Part shown: positions 1-9,441 of the stretch, one piece after another
Layout of the letters: each line of letters opens with the position of its first letter
Position numbering within the stretch: position 1 is the first letter of the stretch
Source of the DNA: Lawsonibacter sp.
Lineage (GTDB): Bacteria > Bacillota > Clostridia > Oscillospirales > Oscillospiraceae
Assembly (NCBI GenBank): GCA_022799835.1
Contig: JAAWPF010000001.1
Location: 1 to 53,747 of the forward strand
DNA length: 53,747 nucleotides
Reading direction: 5' to 3'
Position numbers and translations under genes: made by a program
Notes under the pieces: generated by a model
What the model was told of the DNA's origin: nothing
Database searches by the model: none
Seen by the model: only the letters and a program-made list of their open reading frames with translations

Positions 1-3000
1 GGTGAGCCACACCGACTCCCCCTCCACCTTGTCCATGCCGTCGTTCCAGTCGCCGCTGCCCATCTTCACCAGGCCGTGGGGACCGGTCCCCCGTCCCAGG
101 GCGCACTGGATCGCGGCCAGGCCGTGGCGGTAGAGGCTCTCCCGGTTTTCGCTCACCTGGGGGACCTCATAGCGGTCCTTCTCCCCCGGTTCCAGGGGCT
201 TGGCGGTGAGATAGGGTGCCTCCTCCTCCAGAACAGCCCAATCCCCGGTCACAGCGCAGTACCGGCTCAGCACCCAGGGCAGCCACAGCAGATCATCGGA
301 GATGCGGGTGCGCACTCCGGCCCCCTGGGGCGGATGCCACCAGTGTTGGACGTCCCCCTCCTCAAACTGCCGGGAGGCACACAGGAGCAGCTGCTCCCGG
401 GCCCGCTCAGGCCAGGTATACACCAGGGCGGCGGCATCCTGGAGCTGGTCCCGGAAGCCGAAAGCTCCGCCGTTCTGATACTGGCTGGTCCGGGCCATCA
501 GGCGGCAGGCGATGACCTGATAGAGACACCACCCGTTCAGGTACCGGTCCAGGGCCCTATCGGGGGTCTTTACGGTCAGGGCGGATACCTTACCCTGCCA
601 CCATGCCAAGGTCTTTTCCTGTTCCGCGGAAAACGCCTCCCGGAAGAAACGGGAGCAGGGTCTGCCCTCTTTTTCCTTGGTCACCAGGCAGACGGGCTTC
701 CCCTCATTCAGCGCAGCGGTGACCGTCTCCCCCTCCCCCAGGCGGTAGAACAATTTGCCCGCCCCACCGGTCAGGGTGAAGCGGAGGATACGCCGGTTCT
801 TCTCCAGGGGAACAAATCCCTCGGTGACCAGCACGGTCGGCTTTTGGCCGTCCGCCTCCAGACTCCCGGGCAGCTTCTTCTCCCACCGGGCGAAGCCGGG
901 GCCGTAGGTGACGGTGCAGGGCAGGCCGTCCCCGGCGGCAAAGATGGAGTACTCTTCTCCCTCAAAGTTTACCATAATTTTTTCTTGTCCACCTATCGTC
1001 AGAGGGTCATTGACCCAGGAGATCAGCTTTCCTTCCCTGGAATTTCCCCCTGACCAGAGCAGCCCCGCTCCGGTCTCATCGGTAAGCCAGCCAAATTCAG
1101 GGTTACATAACACCTGCGACCATCCCACTGGGGGCAGATCCGTTCCGCACCGAAGGATGACGGTGTCCCCCTCCATCCTCCAGGGCGCGGGGGCCGGGGA
1201 CAGGTGTACCGGGGGCGGAGGGGCAATCCTCTCCTGGACGGCCCCATCCTCCAGCGGCAGCACCGCTCCTGCCCAGGACAGCACCGCCGGGGCGGCCTCG
1301 GGGCCGGTCAGGTGGATGCCCCCCCTTGCCCCCAGAACGGACTGGGCTCCCATCTTCTTCAACTCCTCGGTCAAGGCGGAGCGCAGGGGCCGGCGGTAGT
1401 CGCCCCCCTCCTCCAGCAGGAGGATCAGATCAAAAGAGTACCCCGCCCGGGTGAGCAGCTGGTGCCAGCGGCACCACAGCGCCGCTTGGTCCACCTGGTC
1501 CTCCCCGGACGCCCTCCCGGCGGCGATGGGCAGGTCGCCAGAGATGCCGAAGGGCCACAGGGCAGACTGGGGCAGGCGGTCCGCCCTGTCCTCCACCCCC
1601 TCCAGCCGGGAGAGCAGGTCGAAGGCCTCCAGGGCCTCCCTCTCGCTGAGGGCCAGTTTCCGGACCAGGGAGGACAGCAGGACGGGACCGCCCTCCTGTC
1701 CGCCCAGCATCCGCAGTGCCCCCTCCCGGACGGCGGCGGGGTCGTCCCCCGCGGCCAGGGCCAGGGTATGGGACAGCCGCTCCCCCGGGGCCAGGGAGAC
1801 GGGGATACGGACCATCAGACACGGATCAGAGCCCACAGCATTTTGGAGGGGGCCCGGCCTTCGGCCTGGCAGGGCCCGCAGTCCGCCCCGCCCCAAGGCG
1901 GCCGCCCGGTCCAGACAGGCGGACGCCCCTTCCCCTGTCCAGGCGGCAAAGAGGCACAGGCCCTTCTCCTCCCCCCTGGACCGGCGGCGGAACAGCGCTC
2001 CTCTCTCCTCCAGGGTACACTCCAAAAACAGCCGTGAGAAGGCCGGGTGGGCGTCAAAGTCCCGCTGAGAGCACAGGACGGGCTCCAGGTAGAGAAGCAG
2101 CTCCCCCTCCAGCCGCTTTTTGCCGGTCAGCTCGATCCGGCGCACCTCCCCCCGCTCCCGCCGGGGGACAAACAGGGTGGTTTGGACGGAGAGGCCCTCC
2201 CCCTCAAAAGACCAGGCGGCGCCCCCCGCATGGAACTCCCAGCGGTAGTTTCCTTCGGTCTGGTACAGGGGCGCGGGGGTCAGCCCTACCAGACCGTCGG
2301 GACCGTTAAAAAAGGCGGACACCCCGGCAGGGGCGTAATACTCCCCGGGCCGGGCCAGAGTGACGGACGCCTCCCCCGACCGGGAGCGGGTGAGGCCGTT
2401 GTCACAGGCCAGCACACTGTAGCTCTCGCCCCCCACCAGATGGCATCGGGGGAATTTCAGGCCATACTCCTCCCCCGCCCGCTCCAGCGCGGGGCCGGAG
2501 TCGGGCCGGGGCTTGTGGGGAAAGTCCCGCTCCTCCTGCCTCATCACCGGGGCCCCAACCGGCACCCGCTCCTGGAGCAGTTCCCGGAAGGCGGACATGT
2601 CGCAGTCCTTCATAAACCGCTTCTGCATAATGTTGTCCCGCAGAACATTGTCCATAGCCACCAGGCTCATGCCCAGATGGTGGGACATATAGGAGCGGAC
2701 CGCCTCATATTCCTCCCCTCCGGCCAGACGGGCAGGGGTGAAGTCCACCGCCTCGTAGAGGCCGTAGCGGCCCTCCAGCCCCATGTCCCGCAGCCGGCGC
2801 AGATTGCGCAGGGCGCTCCGGGGGGCCAGCAGTAAAGCCAGGAAGGAGGCATAGGGGGCTACCACCAGCTCGGTGTCCAATCCCCGTTTCAGGCCCAGCG
2901 CCTGGACCCCGTGGGCCTTATATTGGTAGCTCATGCCGGGGTCGAAGGCGTAGAACCCGGATTCGGAGATGCCCCAGGGGGTCTTGGTCCTGTCTCCCCG

Positions 3001-6000
3001 GCGTTTCTGGGCGTAGACACAAAAGGACAAAGTCTCATACAAAAAGGAGTTTGGCTCGCTGGGCAGCAGCAGATTGGGCATGAAATACTCAAACATGGTG
3101 CCCGTCCAGGATGCCATGCCGCAGTAGTCGTTGTCCCCCAGCAGCATTCGGCCCAGCCGCCGCCAGTGCCGGGCGGGCACCTCCCCCTTGGCCAACGAGA
3201 TAAAGCTGGTCTGCCGGGCCTCGCTGGCCATCAGGTCATAGTACCCGTCGGTGAGCCGGTCCTGCTCCACCTCATAGCCGATGGAGAACAGCCGCCGCTC
3301 TTTGTCAAACAGCGGGGCGCAGTCCATGGCGTCGGACAGGGCCTCGGCCCGCTGAGCCAGCCCCGCCTCTCCCCACTGGTACAGCCCTTCCCGCAGGGCA
3401 ATGAGGCAGCCCCGCAGGTTTCCGCTGTCCACGGTGGACACATACCGGGGGTGGAGCGGCTGCCCGGTACTGGTGTCGTACCAGTTGTACAGGTGCCCCT
3501 TCCACTTGTCCAGCCCCTCCGCCGCATCCAGGATATGGGAGATTAGCTCCACTGCCCGCCTGCGGGGGGCCAGGTCCAGGTCGGCCGCCGCCATCACCGA
3601 CAGAAGGGCCATGCCGATGTTGGTGGGGGAGGTCCGCCGGGCCAGCATGGGACCGGGCTGTTCCTGCCAGTTGTCCGGGGGGAGGTAGTGGTCCTCCTCC
3701 CGGAGGAAGTCGGCAAAATACCGCCAGATGAGGGTGGCCTCGTGGAGGAGGAACGCCCGGTCGGCGGGAGGCAGGGCCTTCCCCTGACCGGAGGGCCAGC
3801 TCACCGCCCAGGCCAGCAGCGGGGCCAGCAGCCAGACCACGCCCACCGCCTTTCCAAACCTCAGCTGGGCAAAAAACGCCACAAAAATCCCCGCCGCCGC
3901 GGAAAACCAGGCCTTTCTGTAGTAGAACGGGATGCTCCCTTTTCCCTTCTCTGTCTGGGCGGCGGTGACCCAGGCCAGCATGTTCCGGTGAGAGACGGTC
4001 ATCCGCCACAGGGCGGAACCGATGGCGGTAAGGGAGATATAGGCCTGATAGGGCAGAAAAATCAGCTGGATGGCGGTCTGCAAAATGGCCCCGGCCAGGC
4101 CGGCGATGACGGTGGAGTGGTACCGCCGCCGTTTCCCCGACCGCCGGATGGCCAGCTCCGCCCCGGACAGCAGCAGATTGGAGGCGGCGGCCACCACCGC
4201 CACACCCCCCGCCCAAGCAAACACTCTGCCCGAGAAACACATACCCAGTACCAGGGTCAGCAGGGTAAAAACAGGGCTCAGGGAACGGCGCAGGTTATCA
4301 AAAATCTTCCACCTGGCCAGGTGGGACAAGGGGTTATCCTCCTTCCCTCTCCGGGCACTGGGGACCCGGCCAAAAAGCCAGGGCAGCAGCTGCCAATCCC
4401 CCCGAATCCACCGGTGGAGCCGGGCGTAGTAGCCGTAGACCTGCCAGGGACAGCCGTCGGTGAGCTCCACCTCCCCCAGCAAGCCGGCCCGGAGGCAGCT
4501 GCCCTCCAGCAGGTCGTGGGACAGGACGGTGTTGTCGGGAAAGCGGCTGTCCAAACAGGTGTAAAAGGCGTCCACTGAGAACACCCCCTTGCCGGTGTAG
4601 GTGCCCTGGTCAAAGAGGTCGTGGTACACGTCGCTGGCAGTGGACCCGTAGGGGTCCACGCCCCCCAGCCCGCCGAAAATCTTGGCAAAAAAGGATTTAT
4701 TCGCCGCCTCCAGCTCCACCGCCACCCGGGGTTGAAACAGGGCGTGTCCGGCGGTGACGATCTTCTTTTCCGGGTCGATGACCGGCTGGTTCAAGGGGTG
4801 GAGCATGGCCCCGGCGAGCTCCCGCGCGGTGCCCACGTTCAGGCTGGTATCTGAGTCCAGGGTAATCACATACTTCACCCCGCGCAGCCACTTCTTCTCC
4901 CCCGCTTTCATCTCCAGGCCGGTCCGCTTCCCCTTCAGCAGCCGGACCAGTTCGGTGAGGGCCCCCCGTTTCCGCTCCCAGCCCATGTAGCGCTCATCCC
5001 GGTCGCTGAATACCGGGGTGCGGAAAAACAGGTAAAACCCGCCGTTGTACTTCTCGTTGAGGGCATCCACCGTCCGGCGGGCGCTGTCCATCCAGGCAGT
5101 CCCCTCCTCTCCCATAGGGACGCCGCTGTCAGGCAGGTCGGCCAGGACGCCCAGCCTCAGCTCCGGCCCCGCGTCCCGGTTGGCCAAGCGGTAGCGCTCC
5201 AGCAGGGCGGCTAATTTTGGCCCGCTGTCCTCCCCGGTGAGGAGGGACACCACCACGCACAGGGTCCGGCCCTCCTTGGGGATACCGCCCTCCAGCTCCA
5301 TTCTGGGCACCGGGCGGGGCGGGACCAGCCGGACCAGGAGGAAATCCAGCACATTCTTTACAATGTCCGACAGGGGCAGAATCAGGAGGACGGCCGCCAG
5401 CGGCGTCCCCGCCGCCCGCCACAGGGCCAGGGCGGCGGCCAGGGACAGCCCTGTCACCGTCAGGCCGTAGCTCACTCCGGAGCGGGAGCGCTCCGGCTTC
5501 CCCAGGGGTTCCCGGTAGAGATACCAGCCCACATGGTTTTTGGCCCCCCGCCCCGTCCGGGCCAGTTCCAGGGCGTGCCGGGCGGTCTCTTCCTCCCCCA
5601 AGCCCTGTTTTTTTGCCAGCTGGCACACTCTCTGCCGGTAACGGCGGCGGGTATCCTCGTCCATGCGGGGATAGTGGCCCGAGGGGTCCTGGCGGAGCAC
5701 CCTCTCCACCTGGCTTGCCCCCTCCAGCACAGTGCCCCACTCCGCCCCTGACAGGGCCCGCAGGGCGGTAAAGACCGCCCCTATCTCCTCCGGGCACACT
5801 CGGCCCTCCTTGAAAGCCTCCAAGCCGCCGCACAGTTCGGCCAGCTGCTCCACCAGCGCTCCGGACAAGGCGGGCACCAGCAGGGACAGCTCCCGCTCGG
5901 TCAGCGGGCACACCGACTGAAAGCCCTCCAGATAGAGGGCCAGCTTCTCCTGATCCAGGCCGGGCACCGCCCACAGCATCCCCCGGACACAGCTCTCCAG

Positions 6001-6312
6001 CAGGGCGGAGCCCTGTTCCACCGCCCGCAGAGGACCGCCTCCCTTGAGAGCCGCCCGGGTCCGCTCCCCCTCCCGGACGGCCAGGTAGTGGTTGTCCAAC
6101 AGCCATTCCACTCCTCCGGGCAGGCTGGTCTGGGAGGCGCTCCAGAGATTCAGCGCCTCCCGGGTCCGGCAGATCTGCTTCAAGCTCCTGCCCACCGCTC
6201 TGGACAGGGCCCGACAGGACACGGTCCCCCGCGGTTTCAGCTCCCGGGCGGCGTTGGCGGCATAATTTTTCAGATGGGCGTCATCCATGGGGACGTGAGG
6301 GCTCATATTCAT
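1..6312 (-). CDS. Cyclic beta-1,2-glucan synthase/phosphorylase-like protein (Cgs/NdvB-type: GT84 + TM region + glucoamylase-like/transglycosylase domain + GH94), 3' end truncated by window edge
   Basis: ATG at 6312 with GGAGG RBS at 6320-6324. No track ORF lies in this minus frame, consistent with an open frame to position 1. Hand-translated motifs: EWLLDNHY, MGWERKRGAL, VITLDSDT, SHDLLEG, HRWIRGDWQ, RTSPTNIG, GHLYNWYDT, STVDSGNL, YDLMASEAR, SWTGTMFEY, WGISES, and GH94 motif GSGDWNDGMDKVEGESVWL at the left edge. Confidence 0.9.
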   Translation of the reverse strand, partial: MNMSPHVPMDDAHLKNYAANAARELKPRGTVSCRALSRAVGRSLKQICRTREALNLWSASQTSLPGGVEWLLDNHYLAVREGERTRAALKGGGPLRAVEQGSALLESCVRGMLWAVPGLDQEKLALYLEGFQSVCPLTERELSLLVPALSGALVEQLAELCGGLEAFKEGRVCPEEIGAVFTALRALSGAEWGTVLEGASQVERVLRQDPSGHYPRMDEDTRRRYRQRVCQLAKKQGLGEEETARHALELARTGRGAKNHVGWYLYREPLGKPERSRSGVSYGLTVTGLSLAAALALWRAAGTPLAAVLLILPLSDIVKNVLDFLLVRLVPPRPVPRMELEGGIPKEGRTLCVVVSLLTGEDSGPKLAALLERYRLANRDAGPELRLGVLADLPDSGVPMGEEGTAWMDSARRTVDALNEKYNGGFYLFFRTPVFSDRDERYMGWERKRGALTELVRLLKGKRTGLEMKAGEKKWLRGVKYVITLDSDTSLNVGTARELAGAMLHPLNQPVIDPEKKIVTAGHALFQPRVAVELEAANKSFFAKIFGGLGGVDPYGSTASDVYHDLFDQGTYTGKGVFSVDAFYTCLDSRFPDNTVLSHDLLEGSCLRAGLLGEVELTDGCPWQVYGYYARLHRWIRGDWQLLPWLFGRVPSARRGKEDNPLSHLARWKIFDNLRRSLSPVFTLLTLVLGMCFSGRVFAWAGGVAVVAAASNLLLSGAELAIRRSGKRRRYHSTVIAGLAGAILQTAIQLIFLPYQAYISLTAIGSALWRMTVSHRNMLAWVTAAQTEKGKGSIPFYYRKAWFSAAAGIFVAFFAQLRFGKAVGVVWLLAPLLAWAVSWPSGQGKALPPADRAFLLHEATLIWRYFADFLREEDHYLPPDNWQEQPGPMLARRTSPTNIGMALLSVMAAADLDLAPRRRAVELISHILDAAEGLDKWKGHLYNWYDTSTGQPLHPRYVSTVDSGNLRGCLIALREGLYQWGEAGLAQRAEALSDAMDCAPLFDKERRLFSIGYEVEQDRLTDGYYDLMASEARQTSFISLAKGEVPARHWRRLGRMLLGDNDYCGMASWTGTMFEYFMPNLLLPSEPNSFLYETLSFCVYAQKRRGDRTKTPWGISESGFYAFDPGMSYQYKAHGVQALGLKRGLDTELVVAPYASFLALLLAPRSALRNLRRLRDMGLEGRYGLYEAVDFTPARLAGGEEYEAVRSYMSHHLGMSLVAMDNVLRDNIMQKRFMKDCDMSAFRELLQERVPVGAPVMRQEERDFPHKPRPDSGPALERAGEEYGLKFPRCHLVGGESYSVLACDNGLTRSRSGEASVTLARPGEYYAPAGVSAFFNGPDGLVGLTPAPLYQTEGNYRWEFHAGGAAWSFEGEGLSVQTTLFVPRRERGEVRRIELTGKKRLEGELLLYLEPVLCSQRDFDAHPAFSRLFLECTLEERGALFRRRSRGEEKGLCLFAAWTGEGASACLDRAAALGRGGLRALPGRRPGPLQNAVGSDPCLMVRIPVSLAPGERLSHTLALAAGDDPAAVREGALRMLGGQEGGPVLLSSLVRKLALSEREALEAFDLLSRLEGVEDRADRLPQSALWPFGISGDLPIAAGRASGEDQVDQAALWCRWHQLLTRAGYSFDLILLLEEGGDYRRPLRSALTEELKKMGAQSVLGARGGIHLTGPEAAPAVLSWAGAVLPLEDGAVQERIAPPPPVHLSPAPAPWRMEGDTVILRCGTDLPPVGWSQVLCNPEFGWLTDETGAGLLWSGGNSREGKLISWVNDPLTIGGQEKIMVNFEGEEYSIFAAGDGLPCTVTYGPGFARWEKKLPGSLEADGQKPTVLVTEGFVPLEKNRRILRFTLTGGAGKLFYRLGEGETVTAALNEGKPVCLVTKEKEGRPCSRFFREAFSAEQEKTLAWWQGKVSALTVKTPDRALDRYLNGWCLYQVIACRLMARTSQYQNGGAFGFRDQLQDAAALVYTWPERAREQLLLCASRQFEEGDVQHWWHPPQGAGVRTRISDDLLWLPWVLSRYCAVTGDWAVLEEEAPYLTAKPLEPGEKDRYEVPQVSENRESLYRHGLAAIQCALGRGTGPHGLVKMGSGDWNDGMDKVEGESVWLT

Positions 6313-6388
6313 GATAAAACCTCCAGAGGCTTTTCTGTCCAGTTTTCCCCCGGCTCTGGCGGAATATACCAAAAGAGAGCGCCGCGCC

Positions 6389-6460
6389 GTCAAGGATTTG
6401 TACTTGACAAACAGGACAATCTGTGCTAGACTTTCAAAATGTAAAGTCAGTCAGCTTTAC
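6389..6460. promoter_or_regulatory. Two related palindromes GTCAAG-N8-CTTGAC (6389-6408) and GTAAAG-N8-CTTTAC (6441-6460), candidate operators
   Basis: Seen directly. The first overlaps the -35 and the second lies just downstream of the -10 of the ylxM-ffh promoter. Confidence 0.55.
6404..6432 (+). promoter_or_regulatory. sigma-A promoter of ylxM-ffh
   Basis: TTGACA-17 bp-TAGACT with TG extended -10. Confidence 0.7.
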
Positions 6461-6488
6461 ATTTTCAGGACGAAGGAGGTCGTATTCC

Positions 6489-6854
6489 ATGAAAAGTCAG
6501 GCCTATCGTATGACCATGCTCTTCGATTTCTATGGCGATGTGCTGACGGACCGCCAGAAAGAATTTTACGACCTCTACTACAACGAGGACCTGTCCCTGG
6601 GCGAGATTGCCGAGAACTACGGCATCACCCGCCAGGGCGTCCGGGATGTGATTGTCCGGGCGGAGGCTGTCCTTACCGAGCTGGAGGACAAGACTGGCCT
6701 CATCAAGCGTTTCCACACCATGAAGGCCCAGCTGGACCAGGTGTTTCAGGACGCGGGCCGGATGGTGGAACTGGCCGCGCGGCTGGACAGCGCGGAGCTG
6801 GAAACTCTGGCCCTTCGGGTCAGGGACACCGCTGACACCCTGCTGAAGGAGTAG
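6489..6854 (+). CDS. ylxM: YlxM/UPF0122 family DNA-binding protein
   Basis: LFDFYGDVLTDRQKEFYDLYYNEDLSLGEIAE..ITRQGVRD; directly upstream of ffh; AAGGAGGT RBS before ATG 6489. Confidence 0.93.
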   Translation: MKSQAYRMTMLFDFYGDVLTDRQKEFYDLYYNEDLSLGEIAENYGITRQGVRDVIVRAEAVLTELEDKTGLIKRFHTMKAQLDQVFQDAGRMVELAARLDSAELETLALRVRDTADTLLKE

Positions 6855-6858
6855 ATCC

Positions 6859-8232
6859 ATGGCATTTGAAGGACTTTCCGAAAAGCTCTCCGCCGCATTC
6901 AAGAAGCTGCGGGGCAAGGGACGGCTGTCCGAGGCCGATGTAAAGGAGGCCATGCGGGAGATCCGTCTGGCCCTCCTGGAGGCCGACGTCAGTTTTAAGG
7001 TGGTCAAGCAGTTTGTGGCCCAGGTCACCGAGAAGGCGGTGGGGGCCGATGTGCTGGAGGCCCTGTCCCCCGCCCAGCAGATTATCAAAATCGTCAATCA
7101 GGAGCTCACCGACCTGATGGGCGGCGCGGCGGCCAGGCTGACCATCGCCTCCAAGCCCCCCACAGTGGTAATGATGGTGGGCCTCCAGGGCGCGGGCAAG
7201 ACCACCAACGGCGCCAAGCTGGCCGGGCTGATGAAGAAGCAGAACGGCAAGCGCCCCCTGCTGGCCGCCTGCGACATCTACCGCCCCGCCGCTATCCAGC
7301 AGCTGGAGGTGGTGGGCAGTCAGCTGGACATCCCCGTCTTTCAGATGGGGCAGACCAACCCGGTGGACATTGCCAAAGCCGCCGTGGAGCACGCCAAAAA
7401 GCACGGCAACGACATGGTCTTTTTGGATACCGCCGGCCGGCTCCATGTGGACGAGGAGCTGATGGACGAGCTGCGGGCCATCAAGGCCGCGGTGGAGCCC
7501 ACCGAAATTCTCCTGGTGGTGGACGCCATGATTGGCCAGGACGCGGTAAACGCCGCCAAGGCCTTTGACGATGCCCTGGACATCGACGGGGTGGTCCTCA
7601 CCAAGCTGGACGGCGACGCCCGGGGCGGTGCGGCGCTGTCCATCAAGGCGGTCACCGGCAAGCCCATCAAGTTCGTGGGCGTGGGCGAGAAGCTGGACCA
7701 GATCGAGGTCTTTCACCCCGACCGCATGGCCGGCCGTATCCTGGGCATGGGGGATATGCTCTCCCTCATTGAGAAAGCAGAGCAGAGTTTCGACCAGAAA
7801 AAGGCCCTGGAGCTCCAGGAGAAGCTGCGCAAGAACAAGTTTACCCTCACTGACTTCTACGACCAAATGAAGCAGCTGAAAAATATGGGTTCCCTCTCCG
7901 ACATCGTCGGGATGCTCCCCGGCGTGAAGGCCAGCGACCTGGAGGGAGCCTCCATGGACACCAAACAGCTCCAGCGGATGGAGGCCATTATCCTGTCCAT
8001 GACCCCCGCCGAGCGTGAGGACCCCAAGCTGCTCAATTCCAGCCGGAAAAAACGCATTGCCGCCGGCTCGGGCACTCAGGTGGTGGACGTGAACCGGCTG
8101 CTCAAGCAGTTCGACATGCTCCAGGCCATGACAAAGCAGTTCACCGGCGGCAAAATGCCCAAGAGCCTGCGCAAGATGATGGGCAAAAAAGGCCGGGGGA
8201 TGCCTGGGATGGGCGGAGGGTTCCCCTTCTAA
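6859..8232 (+). CDS. ffh: Signal recognition particle protein Ffh
   Basis: GLQGAGKTT, DTAGRL, TKLDGDARGGAALS, M-domain SRKKRIAAGSG. Confidence 0.99.
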   Translation: MAFEGLSEKLSAAFKKLRGKGRLSEADVKEAMREIRLALLEADVSFKVVKQFVAQVTEKAVGADVLEALSPAQQIIKIVNQELTDLMGGAAARLTIASKPPTVVMMVGLQGAGKTTNGAKLAGLMKKQNGKRPLLAACDIYRPAAIQQLEVVGSQLDIPVFQMGQTNPVDIAKAAVEHAKKHGNDMVFLDTAGRLHVDEELMDELRAIKAAVEPTEILLVVDAMIGQDAVNAAKAFDDALDIDGVVLTKLDGDARGGAALSIKAVTGKPIKFVGVGEKLDQIEVFHPDRMAGRILGMGDMLSLIEKAEQSFDQKKALELQEKLRKNKFTLTDFYDQMKQLKNMGSLSDIVGMLPGVKASDLEGASMDTKQLQRMEAIILSMTPAEREDPKLLNSSRKKRIAAGSGTQVVDVNRLLKQFDMLQAMTKQFTGGKMPKSLRKMMGKKGRGMPGMGGGFPF

Positions 8233-8234
8233 AA

Positions 8235-8406
8235 GCCTCCTTTGACAGAGGAGGCGGCTGGCCGAGGGCCAGACGGAGGATTGTATTTGCGCAGTAAAAT
8301 ATATGAAATAAATAAGGGTTCGCAAACCTGGTTTGCGTGGCATGTTTCGCTCCGCGAAGCACAATCCCCACCCGGCTTCGCCGGGAGCCCCTTTGCCAAA
8401 GGGGCC
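8235..8406. repeat. Inverted pair of REP-like palindromic elements (REPIN-like)
   Basis: Left GCCTCCTTTGACAGAGGAGGC...GAGGATTGT (8235-8284) aligns with the reverse complement of right ACAATCCCC...GCCCCTTTGCCAAAGGGGCC (8361-8406); each copy has internal hairpins. Confidence 0.6.
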
Positions 8407-8479
8407 TCCTGAAGCGTTGGCAAAACACGTTCCTGTGTTTTCCATATAAACAAACAAATTCATTTGGAGGTGAAGATAC

Positions 8480-8719
8480 ATGGTTAAAATCAGACTGCGC
8501 CGCATGGGCGCCAAGAAAGCCCCGTTCTACCGCATTGTGGTGGCTGATTCCCGCTATCCCCGTGACGGCCGTTTCATCGAGGAGATCGGCATCTACAACC
8601 CCGTCGTCAACCCCGCCGAGCTGAAGGTGGACGTGGACCGGGCCCAGGCCTGGATCAAGACCGGCGCTCAGCCCACCGAGACCGTCCGCGACCTGCTGAA
8701 AAAGGCCGGCGCCCTGTAA
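8480..8719 (+). CDS. rpsP: 30S ribosomal protein S16
   Basis: [37 protein letters not shown]. Confidence 0.99.
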   Translation: MVKIRLRRMGAKKAPFYRIVVADSRYPRDGRFIEEIGIYNPVVNPAELKVDVDRAQAWIKTGAQPTETVRDLLKKAGAL

Positions 8720-8734
8720 GGCTGGAGGTTACCG

Positions 8735-8965
8735 ATGAAAGAGCTTCTGACCTATGTGGCCCAGAACCTGGTGGAGCACCCCGAGCAGGTGTCTGTCACT
8801 GAGGTCGAGGGCGACGGCGAGACCGTTCTGGAGCTACGGGTGGCCCCGGAGGACATGGGCAAGGTGATTGGCCGCCAGGGCCGCATCGCCAAGGAGATCC
8901 GTGTCCTGATGCGCTCCGCCGCCCAGCGGGCGGGCAAGCGAGTCAGCGTGGACATCGTCGATTAA
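8735..8965 (+). CDS. khpA: KH-domain RNA-binding protein KhpA (YlqC)
   Basis: DMGKVIGRQGRIAKEIR KH motif; conserved position after rpsP. Confidence 0.95.
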   Translation: MKELLTYVAQNLVEHPEQVSVTEVEGDGETVLELRVAPEDMGKVIGRQGRIAKEIRVLMRSAAQRAGKRVSVDIVD

Positions 8966-8968
8966 ACC

Positions 8969-9003
8969 AAGGGCGCAGGGGGATCCCCTGCGCCTTTCCT
9001 TTC
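8969..9003 (+). terminator. Intrinsic terminator-like hairpin after khpA
   Basis: GGCGCAGGGG-gat-CCCCTGCGCC followed by TTTCCTTT. Confidence 0.7.
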
Positions 9004-9018
9004 AAATTGGAGGACAGT

Positions 9019-9441
9019 ATGCACTGGTCAGACACACAGCTGGCTGAGATCAGATATTTCTGCACCAGCACCCGCAGCCGGACACCAAAAATCCTGGCAG
9101 GACTTCCGCTCAAGCTCCAGCTTGGCTTTATCCTGATTATCTTCTCCCACTATCAGGTCACAGAATTTCAGATTTCGGATATCAAAGCGTTTTACAAATT
9201 GCTTTATACCCCCCATTTCAGGCCGGATCAGCTGCGGGCTCCCTCCCCCGCCCGCATCGCCAAGGCCCTTGAACAGCTGGACAAAGACCCCAACTGCCAG
9301 ATTAACGTCCAGTGCCTGGAGGAGGACCGCTATCGGATTCTTTGGGTCAGCCCCATCTACGCGGACGACTATGTGAAGGAACTGGATTACGGCTATGAGC
9401 GGGGATATGTCCAGTATTTTATGGAGGAACAAATATGCTGA
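9019..9441 (+). CDS. Hypothetical protein (140 aa)
   Basis: GGAGG RBS before ATG 9019; 3' end overlaps the rimM start; no family recognised. Confidence 0.7.
   Translation: MHWSDTQLAEIRYFCTSTRSRTPKILAGLPLKLQLGFILIIFSHYQVTEFQISDIKAFYKLLYTPHFRPDQLRAPSPARIAKALEQLDKDPNCQINVQCLEEDRYRILWVSPIYADDYVKELDYGYERGYVQYFMEEQIC

Noticed and set aside
76-6429. Many overlapping track ORFs (e.g. 76-1053, 1204-2037, 3688-4578, 5129-6106)
   Set aside because: All overlap the Cgs-like frame on the minus strand; their Pro/Gly/Arg-rich translations are typical high-GC shadows.
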